Positions 19,226-29,927 of a DNA stretch of 64,000 nt are shown one piece after another (positions within the stretch are counted from its first letter, which is position 1; each line of letters starts with the position of its first letter). Origin of the DNA: Paracoccus sp. (in: a-proteobacteria) (lineage in GTDB: Bacteria; Pseudomonadota; Alphaproteobacteria; Rhodobacterales; Rhodobacteraceae). A program made the position numbers and the translations under genes. The notes beneath the pieces were generated by a model, which made no database searches, was not told the origin of the DNA, and saw only the letters and a list, made by a program, of their open reading frames with translations. The stretch covers positions 12,597-76,596 of the forward strand of contig NZ_JBKBVD010000010.1 in the NCBI RefSeq assembly GCF_046289755.1, given 5' to 3'.

Positions 19226-19504
19226 ATGACCGACCGGCCCCGCATCACCATTCAATATTGCACCCGCTGCAACTGGCTGCTGCGCGCGGGCTGGATCGCG
19301 CAAGAGATGTTGCAGACCTTCGGGCAGGATCTGGGCGAGGTCGCGCTGATCCCCGGCGATGGCGGCATCTACCGGATCGAGGTCGACGGCACCCTGATCT
19401 GGGACCGCAAGACCGATGGCGGCTTTCCCGGCCCGGCCGAGATCAAGCAACGCCTGCGCGACGTGATCGCCCCCGGGCGCGATCTGGGGCATGTCGACCG
19501 CTGA
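19226..19504 (+). CDS. SelT/SelW/SelH (Rdx) family protein, Cys form
   Basis: ITIQYCTRCNWLLRA, WDRKTDGGFP, IKQRLRD. Confidence 0.88.
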   Translation: MTDRPRITIQYCTRCNWLLRAGWIAQEMLQTFGQDLGEVALIPGDGGIYRIEVDGTLIWDRKTDGGFPGPAEIKQRLRDVIAPGRDLGHVDR

Positions 19505-19543
19505 GGGGCGGGCTGCACCGGACAGGCTGGACCTGGTCCTGCG

Positions 19544-20860
19544 CTATAATTCCACATGTCCCTGCGTCCGGAGTGCGATGCTCAGCGACAAGGGAAATCC
19601 GGAACATGCCTGTTTCAAACCCGGCTGGCTTGTGCTTCGGACCGGCACCTCACGGATGAACAACAAGACACAGCTGAACGCCCCCGATTTCAGCGGTCTC
19701 AGCCGCGCGGGTCCGTCTGCACGATCTTCGATGGGTGGATGGGTGGTAGGCAACCCTTTGCCTTGGCGCAAATATCCCGCGGGGGTCCGGGGGCGCGAAG
19801 CCCCCGGCCATCGCCGGTTTCGTCCGAAACCGGCCTTGATGCGCTCGAACTCGGCCAGCTGCCGCAGGCGCTGCTCGGGATCGGTCGGGGTCTGCGCCAG
19901 AACCGGCACGTCCAGCTCGCCCAGCCCCTCGATCACCGCCGGATCATCGGCAATCGTCGCCATCGCCTCGTTCGAGGTATGGCCATAGCCGATCGCATCC
20001 AGCAGCCCGCGCCCGGCCGAGGGCTCCAGCCAGGCATTGATGAAATCATAGGCCTTGTCTTCGCTGCCCGGCCCGTTGACCAGATTGATGAAGCCGCAGA
20101 AAAACGTCGACGAACCCTCTTCGGGCGCGCGCTGAAAGCCGACCGGATAATTGTCCTCTTGCAGATAGACCACGCCGTCATTCCAGGACCAGGCCACATC
20201 CACCAGCCCCGAGGCCATCAGCTGCGCCTGTTCGGACGGGTCCGACCAATAGGCCGCGACATTCTGATGCGCCTGCCGCAGCCAGTCGGCGGCGGCCTGA
20301 AACTGTTCGTCGGTCACATCGTCCCAGTCGGTGGTGCCGGTCGCCAGATAGCCAAGCGCCCAGACATCATCGGCGCTGTCGGGCAGCGAGGTGCGGCCCT
20401 GATAGGCCGGGTTCACGAAGATCTGCAGGGTCGAGACATCCTCGGTGGGCACGGTCTCGGTGTTATAGGCGATGGCGGTGGCGCCCCAGTCGGTGGGAAT
20501 GAACCAGACACCCTGTTCGTCGCGGAAAATCTCGCTGTCCAGAAACTGCGCGTCGATCTTGTCGAAATTGGGGATGCGCGCGACATCCCAGGGCTCGATC
20601 AGGCCGGCATCGCGATACTTGCCGACCATCTGGCTGCAGGGATGCGCGACATCGGCGCGAAAGCCGGATGCGATCTTCTGAAACGCCTCGTCGTCATCGC
20701 CGAAAAAGGCAAAGGTCGGCGACTGGCCGTGCTGGTCGACATAGGCCTGAAAAATCTCGGGCACCTCAAAGCCGGCCCAGTCAAAGACGGTCAGTTCAGG
20801 ATCGGCGGCCAGCGCGGGCAGGGCGGATGCGGCCAGAATCGTGGATGTCAGCAGGCGCAT
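19544..20860 (-). CDS. PotD/PotF-like ABC substrate-binding protein with anomalous ~92-aa C-terminal extension
   Basis: LTVFDWAG, DDDEAFQKI, PTDWG, WSWNDG; recognisable domain ends at EFERIKAGF (~19820) but the frame continues to 19544. Confidence 0.85.
   Translation of the reverse strand: MRLLTSTILAASALPALAADPELTVFDWAGFEVPEIFQAYVDQHGQSPTFAFFGDDDEAFQKIASGFRADVAHPCSQMVGKYRDAGLIEPWDVARIPNFDKIDAQFLDSEIFRDEQGVWFIPTDWGATAIAYNTETVPTEDVSTLQIFVNPAYQGRTSLPDSADDVWALGYLATGTTDWDDVTDEQFQAAADWLRQAHQNVAAYWSDPSEQAQLMASGLVDVAWSWNDGVVYLQEDNYPVGFQRAPEEGSSTFFCGFINLVNGPGSEDKAYDFINAWLEPSAGRGLLDAIGYGHTSNEAMATIADDPAVIEGLGELDVPVLAQTPTDPEQRLRQLAEFERIKAGFGRNRRWPGASRPRTPAGYLRQGKGLPTTHPPIEDRADGPARLRPLKSGAFSCVLLFIREVPVRSTSQPGLKQACSGFPLSLSIALRTQGHVEL
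19557..19722 (+). ncRNA. Candidate structured non-coding RNA (long irregular hairpin with central bubble)
   Basis: TATAAT at 19545-19550; manual pairing of 19563-19582 with 19701-19721; inner hairpin GCTGAA(19673-78)/TTCAGC(19689-94); no credible ORF on this strand; no family match recognised. Confidence 0.3.
19755..19810 (+). repeat. REP-like intergenic element (AAATATCCC-GGGGG plus GC hairpin), copy 1
   Basis: aaatatcccgcggggg then ccggggg-cgcgaag-cccccgg; shares core with the element at 50655-50720. Confidence 0.5.
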
Positions 20861-20955
20861 GAAATCAGAACCTTCCTGTTGCGGTATTTCCCCCGACGCT
20901 AGTTGCGCGGCCCATGCAACGCAAGCCTCGGTCCCCCGGTTTTGTCGGCACTTGC

Positions 20956-21846
20956 CTAGCCGCGCAGCATCTCGGGACCGCCGGTGATCTGCGGGTCGGG
21001 CAGGCCGATCACGGCATCATCACGCCCGGCAAAATCGACCGCGCGCAGGATCGTCTGGATCACGGCGATCCGGGCGCGGCGCTTGTCATCGGCGCGGATC
21101 ACGGTCCAGGGCGCGATGGGCGAATGCGACTGGCTCAGCGTTTCGCGGATGGCGTCGCTGTAGGCGTCCCATTTCGCCAGACCCTCGACGTCGATGGAGC
21201 TCAGCTTCCACTGCTTCAGCGGATCGGCCTCGCGGTCCAGAAAGCGGCGCAGCTGCTCGGCCCGGCCCACATTCAGCCACAGCTTGACCAGAATGACCCC
21301 GTCATCGACCAGCATCTGCTCGAACGCCGGCAGCTGGCGGAAAAACGCGTGGCGCTGCGCGTCGGTGCAAAAGCCGAAGACACGTTCCACCACCCCGCGA
21401 TTGTACCAGCTGCGGTCGAACAGCGCGATCTCGCCCCCGGCGGGCAGCCAGTCGACATAGCGCTGGAAATACCACTGCCCCGCCTCGCGATCCGTGGGTT
21501 TGGGCAGGGCCACGACATAGGCCGAACGCGGGTTGAGATTGGCGCTGACCCGGCTGATGGCGCCGCCCTTGCCCGCCGCATCGCGCCCCTCGAAGACCAC
21601 GACCACACGCTTTTTGTCGGCGATCACGCCGTGGATCATCCGCACCAGCTGCAACTGCAGCCGCGCCAGCGTCGCCTCGTATTCGGCCTTGTCCATCACC
21701 TGGTCATAGGGGAAGGCCTCGTCCAGTATCTCGCGCTTGCGGCCCTGTTCGATGGCCTTGCGCAGATCCTTGGGGGCGCCGTTGTCCAGATAGTCGGTGA
21801 TCCTGCCGACCAGCGGCAGTTCGGGAATGGCGGCAGGGCGGGTCAT
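20956..21846 (-). CDS. ppk2: Polyphosphate kinase 2
   Basis: [41 protein letters not shown]. Confidence 0.95.
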   Translation of the reverse strand: MTRPAAIPELPLVGRITDYLDNGAPKDLRKAIEQGRKREILDEAFPYDQVMDKAEYEATLARLQLQLVRMIHGVIADKKRVVVVFEGRDAAGKGGAISRVSANLNPRSAYVVALPKPTDREAGQWYFQRYVDWLPAGGEIALFDRSWYNRGVVERVFGFCTDAQRHAFFRQLPAFEQMLVDDGVILVKLWLNVGRAEQLRRFLDREADPLKQWKLSSIDVEGLAKWDAYSDAIRETLSQSHSPIAPWTVIRADDKRRARIAVIQTILRAVDFAGRDDAVIGLPDPQITGGPEMLRG

Positions 21847-22775
21847 GGCTGCGGATCTCCGATGCGGGACATGTCATACCAGGTGGTCTGATACAGTTCA
21901 TTGATCCAGTTACCGTAAAGCAGATGCGCATGGCTGCGCCAGCGGTTCGCGGGCATCTGCGCGGGATCGTCGTGGGGATAGTAATTGGCCGGGATCGCGA
22001 TCGGGCGGCCCGCCGCGACATCGCGGTCATATTCCTCTTTCAGCGTCGTGCTGTCATATTCCAGATGGTTGAAGATATAGAGCGCGCGATGCCCCGGATC
22101 GGCCAGCAGGCAGGGCCCGACCTCGGGGCTGGCCAGCAGCGTGTGCAGGCCGGGGCGGGCATCGACCTCGGGCTGGCGCACCTCGGTCCAGCGGCTGACC
22201 GGGACCAGCACATCATCAGAGAAGCCGCGCAGATAGGGCGAGGCGGGTTCCAGGTTCCGGTGCCGGAAGCAGCCAAAGGCCTTGGCGGGCAGGGGGTGCT
22301 TGGGCAGGCCGTGGAAATGCCAGGCCATCGCCATCCCGCCCCAGCAGACGCCAAAGGTCGAATGCACATGGGTCTGCGTCCATGCGAACACGCGGGTCAG
22401 TTCCTCCCAATAGGTGACCTGATCAAAGGGCAGCTGTTCGACCGGGGCGCCGGTGATGACGAGGCCGTCGAATTTCTCGCCCGTGGCCTCGACCTCGCGG
22501 AAGGGGCGATAGAAGCTGGCCAGATGATCGGCGGCGGTGTTGCGGCTTTCGTGATCCGACATGCGGATCAGCTGAAAGTCGATCTGCAGCGGCGTCGCGC
22601 CGATCAGCCGGGCAAACTGGTTCTCGGTCTGGATCTTCTTGGGCATCAGGTTCAGCAGCCCGATGCGCAGGGGGCGGATGTCCTGCGTGGCCGCGCGGCC
22701 CGGCGACATGACCATCACGCCCTCATCGGACAGGATGCGATAGGCGGGCAGGTTCTCGTTGAGGGTAATCGGCAT
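21843..22775 (-). CDS. metA: Homoserine O-acyltransferase, MetA family (probably acetyl-specific)
   Basis: [48 protein letters not shown]. Confidence 0.95.
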   Translation of the reverse strand: MPITLNENLPAYRILSDEGVMVMSPGRAATQDIRPLRIGLLNLMPKKIQTENQFARLIGATPLQIDFQLIRMSDHESRNTAADHLASFYRPFREVEATGEKFDGLVITGAPVEQLPFDQVTYWEELTRVFAWTQTHVHSTFGVCWGGMAMAWHFHGLPKHPLPAKAFGCFRHRNLEPASPYLRGFSDDVLVPVSRWTEVRQPEVDARPGLHTLLASPEVGPCLLADPGHRALYIFNHLEYDSTTLKEEYDRDVAAGRPIAIPANYYPHDDPAQMPANRWRSHAHLLYGNWINELYQTTWYDMSRIGDPQP

Positions 22776-22778
22776 GGG

Positions 22779-23642
22779 TCAGGTATCCTTGCGCGCAATG
22801 GCGCGGGCAATCAGATCGTCGAAATCGGCGGGCGCGCGGACCTGCGCCACCTCTTCGGCCAGCACGGTCACGCCGCGCCGGGCCATCGCCTGATAGCGCG
22901 GCTGGCGGTGGGCCAGCGCGCGGGCATAGGTCCAGCGGATGAAATCGTCGGGATTGACCTGATCCGCCTCCAGCCCCTTTTCGACGCGATAGGCGATCCA
23001 GGCGCGTTCCAGAAACTGCGGCTGGTAATACATCGGCTTGGGCGCGCGATCAAAGCGGCGCACCAGCTCGGCGGTATGGGCGTCGCTGCCCCTGATCCAG
23101 ACCATCAGCAGATCGCGAGACAGCGCCGACAGCACCGGGTCGGCGGGATCGTCCGGGTCCACCACCTCGCAGATCGAGCCGCCGCTGTCGCAGACGAAAT
23201 GCGGGATCGCATAGATGTCCTGCGCGCGGTCCATGAAATGGCGTGTGTCCAGCAGCGAGGCGATCTCGGCCCGGCGGTGCTGGTTCTGGCGCAGGCCGTA
23301 TTCGTCGAAATCCAGCCCCCCGCGCGAGGGGCTGCCGGGCTTGCCCAGATAGGTCGACAGCGGCGCCAGATTGTCGAAGGTGATGTTGGAGGCGATATAG
23401 ACGCTGTCAGACATCAGCAGATCGCGCAGGAACGGCACCTTCATCGCCTCGCGCTTGAAGTTGTCGGCGATGTATTCGCCCATATAGCGGGTGCCGATGC
23501 GGTAATCGACGCTGTAGTGAAACCAGTCGCCTGTGCCGCGCAGCATCGAGGCCAGATAGGTCTTGCCCAGACCCGACATGCCGAACAGCACGATCCGCTT
23601 CGATGCGGCGGCCCGCCAGTCCTCTGCGCTGCGATAGATCAT
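22779..23642 (-). CDS. Conserved P-loop NTPase of unknown function
   Basis: LFGMSGLGKT Walker A, YSVDYRIGTRY, DSGGSICEVVD, RAPKPMYY. Confidence 0.8.
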   Translation of the reverse strand: MIYRSAEDWRAAASKRIVLFGMSGLGKTYLASMLRGTGDWFHYSVDYRIGTRYMGEYIADNFKREAMKVPFLRDLLMSDSVYIASNITFDNLAPLSTYLGKPGSPSRGGLDFDEYGLRQNQHRRAEIASLLDTRHFMDRAQDIYAIPHFVCDSGGSICEVVDPDDPADPVLSALSRDLLMVWIRGSDAHTAELVRRFDRAPKPMYYQPQFLERAWIAYRVEKGLEADQVNPDDFIRWTYARALAHRQPRYQAMARRGVTVLAEEVAQVRAPADFDDLIARAIARKDT

Positions 23643-23715
23643 CGGTGTCCCCCTGCTGTCGCGTCCCTAGCTAACCCTGCCGCCGCCCCTTGAAAAGAGC
23701 CACCCCGCAACGCCA

Positions 23716-23743
23716 GACGGCCCCGCATCGCTGCGGGGCCGTC
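23716..23743 (-). terminator. Perfect 12-bp GC hairpin downstream of the fadL-like gene
   Basis: gacggccccgca-tcgc-tgcggggccgtc; no clear U-tract. Confidence 0.65.
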
Positions 23744-23771
23744 CAACCTGCGCGGTCCTGCCAGACCGGCT

Positions 23772-24893
23772 TCAGAAGCTGTAGCCGACGCGGATGCCGA
23801 TGCCCCAGATGTCGCTGTCTTCCATCTGCGCGCGCGCCACGCCGCCGGTCTGCGGACGGGCATCGCCCAGCCGGGAATAGTTGATGCCGGTCGTGATCTT
23901 GATGTTGTCCATCGTATAGACAGCCGCCACGGTGATGCCCTTGCGGCCATTCGTCGGCGCCAGCGGCGAGACCAGATCGTCGTTTTCCGGCTCATAGACC
24001 AGCGAGACCGAGCCTGACCACGCATCGCTAAAGCGCCGCCCCACCCCGATCGTATAGGTGGTGGTGTCTTCAAGCGCCACGAGGCCCGCGCCCGTCGCTG
24101 CCGTGAAGGCCAGCGGATCGACCTTGAACTCGGACCATTTCACCCAGCGGATCGAGCCGAAGACCAGCGTGTCGGCGGCAACGCCCGTCTGCCCCTCCAG
24201 CGTCAGCGACCGCGGCGTGTCGACCGAGGTGGTGGTGACGGCGCCGGGGTTGATGTTCTCGCGCGTGTCGAAATCATGCGTGATCTTGGAGTTGTAGGTC
24301 AGCGAGATGCGGCCCGCGATCTCGGGGATCTCATAGGCGGCGCCGATCACATAGCCGGTGCCCCATGCCGGATCCACGCGCACATTATAGCCCGCGATGC
24401 CGCCATATCCCAGCCCGTTCAGCCCCACCTCGGCCTCGGCGCGCGAGGCCCGGATGCCGCCATGGAACGAGACGTTGTTGTCCAGCCGGTAGCGGGCCAG
24501 CGCGGTCACGGTGGTCGAATCCACCCGCGCCAGCGTACCGCCCAGCAGGACCGAGCCGTCTGCCGAAGGGTCGGGCATCATGCCGGGCTGTGTCGGATAC
24601 AGCACATCAGCGCCAAAGGGCTGCTCGACGATCACACCGACCGAGAGGTTTTCGTCGATCTGATGCTTGTAGGCCAGCCCGACAAAGCCATAGCCCTGCG
24701 CGACATCGCCGGTGCGGAACCCGGCACTGTCGCGGCCGCTGACGGTCGGGTCTGCGCCGCCAAAGCTCAGCTCGACATAATTGCCCGGCTCGAACAGCGC
24801 GGCCAGCGATTGCGGCGCCCGCTCGATGCCGCCCGACAGGGCCGGTGTCGCCCCCAGCATCAGTGCGGCCACGCCGCCAAATGTCTTTTTCAT
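23772..24893 (-). CDS. OmpP1/FadL/TodX-family outer-membrane transporter
   Basis: Signal peptide, GGIERAPQS hatch, QPFGAD, YEIPEIAGRISLTYNS, C-terminal VGYSF. Confidence 0.85.
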   Translation of the reverse strand: MKKTFGGVAALMLGATPALSGGIERAPQSLAALFEPGNYVELSFGGADPTVSGRDSAGFRTGDVAQGYGFVGLAYKHQIDENLSVGVIVEQPFGADVLYPTQPGMMPDPSADGSVLLGGTLARVDSTTVTALARYRLDNNVSFHGGIRASRAEAEVGLNGLGYGGIAGYNVRVDPAWGTGYVIGAAYEIPEIAGRISLTYNSKITHDFDTRENINPGAVTTTSVDTPRSLTLEGQTGVAADTLVFGSIRWVKWSEFKVDPLAFTAATGAGLVALEDTTTYTIGVGRRFSDAWSGSVSLVYEPENDDLVSPLAPTNGRKGITVAAVYTMDNIKITTGINYSRLGDARPQTGGVARAQMEDSDIWGIGIRVGYSF

Positions 24894-24970
24894 TGTTTCC
24901 TCCCTTGGCTGGCCCCTCGGCCATCGTGGCAGAGTAACGCACGCCGGGATCCATTCAATTACCCGCAGGG

Positions 24971-24992
24971 GTTGACGTGACGTTCACGTAAC
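24971..24992. promoter_or_regulatory. Palindrome with three ACGT units upstream of the fadL-like gene (LiuR/MerR-type operator candidate)
   Basis: GTTGACGTGACGTTCACGTAAC; ACGTGA-N3-TCACGT is a perfect inverted repeat. Confidence 0.4.
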
Positions 24993-25071
24993 ACCCCGAC
25001 GCTTGCCGTGGCATCTGCGCAACGCTTTCGACGTCGTCACGGGCGGGCTGGACAAAAGCGCGCGCCCGTGA

Positions 25072-26562
<1,491 letters not shown>

Positions 26563-26577
26563 GCCCGTGCCGACCGC

Positions 26578-27276
26578 TTAGCGAAAGCGGTCGGCCAGCG
26601 ACCGCAGGCGGTCGGAAAGCCCGGTTGACTGCGGCGGCTCGGCAGGTTTTTCGGCCTTTGGCTTTGCCGCCGGTTTCTCCGCAGACGGGGTGCTGCCTGA
26701 ATTGCGGGCAGGCACCATCCGCGCTGCGACCGCGTTCTGAAACCGCCCGCCATCGCCCGAGGCCAGCGCCGCCGCCCCGTCCGAGATGCCGCGCAGCAGA
26801 TCGTCCAGCCAGTCCTGATCGGCCTTGGCGAAATCCGACAGCACCCAGCCCGCGACCCGGTCCTTGTGGCCGGGATGGCCGATTCCCAGCCGCACCCGGC
26901 CATAATTCTCGCCGATATGCTGGTGGATCGAGCGCAGCCCGTTATGGCCCGCATGCCCGCCGCCCTGCTTGAGGCGGCATTTCCCGGGCGCCAGATCCAG
27001 CTCGTCATGCAGCACGATCACGTCATCGGGGGTCAGCTTCAGATAGCGCATCGCCTCGCCCACGGATTGCCCCGACAGGTTCATGAAGGTCTGCGGCTTG
27101 AGCAGCGCCACCCGCGCATCCCCGATCCGGCCCTCGGCCATCAGCCCCTGAAACCGTGCCTTCCACGGCCCCGGACTGTGATCCCCGGCGATCCGGTCCA
27201 GCGCCATGAAGCCGATATTGTGACGATTCGACGCATATTTCGCGCCCGGATTGCCAAGCCCCACAATCAGTTTCAT
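26578..27276 (-). CDS. pth: Peptidyl-tRNA hydrolase
   Basis: VGLGNPG, RHNIGF, KPQTFMNLSG, HDELD, GGHNGLRS, RVRLGIGHP. Confidence 0.96.
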   Translation of the reverse strand: MKLIVGLGNPGAKYASNRHNIGFMALDRIAGDHSPGPWKARFQGLMAEGRIGDARVALLKPQTFMNLSGQSVGEAMRYLKLTPDDVIVLHDELDLAPGKCRLKQGGGHAGHNGLRSIHQHIGENYGRVRLGIGHPGHKDRVAGWVLSDFAKADQDWLDDLLRGISDGAAALASGDGGRFQNAVAARMVPARNSGSTPSAEKPAAKPKAEKPAEPPQSTGLSDRLRSLADRFR

Positions 27277-27331
27277 GTGCTGCTCCTGCCATGGTTCAGG
27301 CCCCGCGCGGGGGCATTTCTGCTCTGCGTCC

Positions 27332-27360
27332 CTTGCGGCGGACCTTGCCGGTTACTAAGA
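27332..27360 (+). promoter_or_regulatory. Candidate clpP promoter CTTGCG-N17-CTAAGA
   Basis: Resembles the alphaproteobacterial CTTGAC-N17-CTATAT consensus; untested. Confidence 0.35.
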
Positions 27361-27442
27361 CTCTGTCAACCTTTCGCGGCTAAGACAGGGGTCAAGACCC
27401 GGACGAATCGCGGGGACAGGGACGAACAGGCAAGGACAGAAG

Positions 27443-28075
27443 ATGAGCGATCCGGCAGAATTCTACATGAACACCCTTGTTCCCATGGTGGTCGAACAGA
27501 CCTCTCGCGGGGAACGGGCCTATGACATCTTCTCGCGTTTGCTGAAAGAACGGATCATTTTCGTCTCGGGCCCGGTCCATGACGGGATGTCGACGCTGAT
27601 CTGCGCGCAACTGCTGTTTCTTGAGGCGGAAAACCCCTCGAAAGACATCAGCATGTATATCAACAGCCCCGGCGGCGTGGTGACCTCGGGCCTGTCGATC
27701 TATGACACGATGCAGTATATCCGGCCGCGCGTCTCGACGCTGGTGGTGGGGCAGGCGGCCTCGATGGGCTCGCTGTTGCTGGCGGCGGGCCAGCCGGGGC
27801 TGCGCTATTCGCTGCCCAACAGCCGGGTGATGGTGCACCAGCCCTCGGGCGGGTTCCAGGGTCAGGCGACCGACATCCTGATCCACGCGCGCGAAACCGA
27901 AAAGCTCAAGCGCCGCCTGAACGAGATTTACGTCACCCATACCGGCAGAACGCTGGCCGAGGTCGAAGAGGCGCTGGAACGTGACCGCTTCATGTCGCCG
28001 CAAGAGGCACAGGACTGGGGCCTGATCGACGAGGTTGTCGCACCGCGCGGCAAGGTCGACCCGGAAAAGAAATAG
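27443..28075 (+). CDS. clpP: ATP-dependent Clp protease proteolytic subunit
   Basis: [39 protein letters not shown]. Confidence 0.98.
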   Translation: MSDPAEFYMNTLVPMVVEQTSRGERAYDIFSRLLKERIIFVSGPVHDGMSTLICAQLLFLEAENPSKDISMYINSPGGVVTSGLSIYDTMQYIRPRVSTLVVGQAASMGSLLLAAGQPGLRYSLPNSRVMVHQPSGGFQGQATDILIHARETEKLKRRLNEIYVTHTGRTLAEVEEALERDRFMSPQEAQDWGLIDEVVAPRGKVDPEKK

Positions 28076-28087
28076 CCCCGTTGGGGA

Positions 28088-28116
28088 TTGTGACGGGCCT
28101 TGCTGGTCCTTAACAT
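28088..28116 (+). promoter_or_regulatory. Candidate internal clpX promoter TTGTGA-N17-TAACAT
   Basis: Sigma70-like hexamers with exact 17-nt spacer in the clpP-clpX gap. Confidence 0.35.
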
Positions 28117-28236
28117 AGAAAGATGATCCCGGCGCGGCCTCTGGCGGTGCCGGGTAACCAGAACATGCGGGCTGCGGCAGGTGCCGGGTCCGCCCGTCAG
28201 CCGGAGCGCCGGCGGCGGAATTGAAGGAAGTGGACG

Positions 28237-29502
28237 ATGGCGAACCAGTCCGGCGGTGACAGCAAGAACACGCTCTATTGCAGCTTTTGCGGCAAGAGCC
28301 AGCATGAGGTGCGCAAGCTGATTGCGGGTCCGACCGTGTTCATCTGCGACGAATGCGTCGAGCTGTGCATGGACATCATCCGCGAAGAGACGAAATCGAC
28401 CGGGCTGAAATCCGGCGACGGCGTGCCGACCCCGCGCGAGATCTGTGCCGTTCTTGACGATTATGTGATCGGTCAGGAACATGCCAAGCGGGTTCTGTCG
28501 GTGGCGGTCCACAACCACTACAAGCGCCTCAACCACGGCGGCAAGGGCGAGATCGAGCTGGCCAAGTCCAACATCCTGCTGATCGGCCCGACCGGCTGCG
28601 GCAAGACGCTGCTGGCGCAGACGCTGGCCCGCATCCTCGATGTGCCCTTCACCATGGCCGATGCGACCACGCTGACCGAGGCGGGCTATGTCGGCGAGGA
28701 TGTCGAGAACATCATCCTCAAGCTGTTGCAGGCCAGCGAATACAACGTCGAACGGGCGCAGCGCGGCATCGTCTATATCGACGAGGTCGACAAGATCACG
28801 CGCAAGTCCGACAATCCCTCGATCACCCGCGACGTGTCGGGCGAGGGCGTGCAGCAGGCGCTGCTGAAGATCATGGAGGGCACGGTCGCCAGCGTCCCCC
28901 CGCAGGGCGGGCGCAAGCATCCGCAGCAGGAATTCCTGCAGGTCGACACGACCAATATCCTGTTCATCTGCGGCGGCGCCTTTGCCGGCCTCGACCGGAT
29001 CATCGCGCAGCGCAACAAGGGCACGGCGATGGGCTTTGGTGCGGCGGTCAAGGAAAAGGACGACCGCGGCGTCGGCGAGATGTTCAAGGAACTTGAGCCG
29101 GAAGACCTGCTGAAATTCGGCCTGATCCCGGAATTCGTCGGCCGTCTGCCGGTTCTGGCCACCCTGACCGACCTTGATGAGGATGCGCTGATCATCATCC
29201 TGACCAAGCCCAAGAACGCGCTGGTCAAGCAGTACCAGCGTCTGTTCGATCTGGAAGGCGTGCAGCTGACCTTTACCGAGGATGCGCTGACCGCCATCGC
29301 CAAGCGCGCCATCAAGCGCAAGACCGGCGCGCGGGGCCTGCGCTCGATCATGGAAGAGATACTGCTGGACACGATGTTCGAACTGCCCGGTCTGGACAGC
29401 GTCGTCGAGGTGGTCGTGAACGAGGATGCGGTCGAGAATATGGCCGTGAAACCGCTGCTGATCCACACCGACACCAAAAAGGAAAGCGCCTCGGCGGGCT
29501 GA
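28237..29502 (+). CDS. clpX: ATP-dependent Clp protease ATP-binding subunit ClpX
   Basis: CSFCGK zinc finger, [31 protein letters not shown]. Confidence 0.98.
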   Translation: MANQSGGDSKNTLYCSFCGKSQHEVRKLIAGPTVFICDECVELCMDIIREETKSTGLKSGDGVPTPREICAVLDDYVIGQEHAKRVLSVAVHNHYKRLNHGGKGEIELAKSNILLIGPTGCGKTLLAQTLARILDVPFTMADATTLTEAGYVGEDVENIILKLLQASEYNVERAQRGIVYIDEVDKITRKSDNPSITRDVSGEGVQQALLKIMEGTVASVPPQGGRKHPQQEFLQVDTTNILFICGGAFAGLDRIIAQRNKGTAMGFGAAVKEKDDRGVGEMFKELEPEDLLKFGLIPEFVGRLPVLATLTDLDEDALIIILTKPKNALVKQYQRLFDLEGVQLTFTEDALTAIAKRAIKRKTGARGLRSIMEEILLDTMFELPGLDSVVEVVVNEDAVENMAVKPLLIHTDTKKESASAG

Positions 29503-29536
29503 CGCCCGGCAGGGCCCTGACGGCGCGGTGACAGTC

Positions 29537-29568
29537 AAACGGCCTGCCCCGTCCGGGGCGGGCCGTTT
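29537..29568 (+). terminator. Intrinsic terminator after clpX (possibly bidirectional)
   Basis: aaacggcctgcccc-gtcc-ggggcgggccgttt. Confidence 0.7.
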
Positions 29569-29764
29569 CGCATCCGGGCGCAGACCACCGGATGCGGCCT
29601 TTTCACCGATCGCCAGCCAGAGAAACCGCAGCGCCATTGAGGGCATCCATGCGTGCGGTCCGGGTCCCCGGCGGGTCCGGCGCGCCAGCGCCACAGGCAT
29701 CCCGGCCACAGCGGAACTCCCCGCGACCGTCAGCGGCGCGACGCCTCTGGCGCGGTTTCTCGGG

Positions 29765-29810
29765 CGAAGATCACGGGGTGCGAAGATCACGGGGTGCAAA
29801 AATCATGGGG
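29765..29810. repeat. 16-bp tandem repeat, two exact copies plus one degenerate
   Basis: cgaagatcacggggtg / cgaagatcacggggtg / caaaaatcatgggg. Confidence 0.8.
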
Positions 29811-29927
29811 CGCCGGGGTCCTGCGCCTCGGATCGGCTCTATGCGGGTTCGCATCCCCGCGCGCGGAGATTCTGCCTGCCCCGGCCCCCGCATGCCCCCC
29901 CTTGCTTTCCCCCGTGTCATCCGCTCG

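Noticed and set aside
19226-19504. Possible selenoprotein (SelW-like)
   Set aside because: Motif is TGC-ACC-CGC-TGC (CTRC); no in-frame TGA
19589-19630. Cobalamin riboswitch-like AAGGGAA..CCGG..AAA.CCGG
   Set aside because: The downstream CCCCGCAACTGT box is absent and no B12-related gene follows
19491-19988. Small plus-strand ORFs over the candidate ncRNA (MSTAEG..., MSLRPEC...)
   Set aside because: No recognisable family or RBS; they run through a repeat element and antisense to the binding-protein gene
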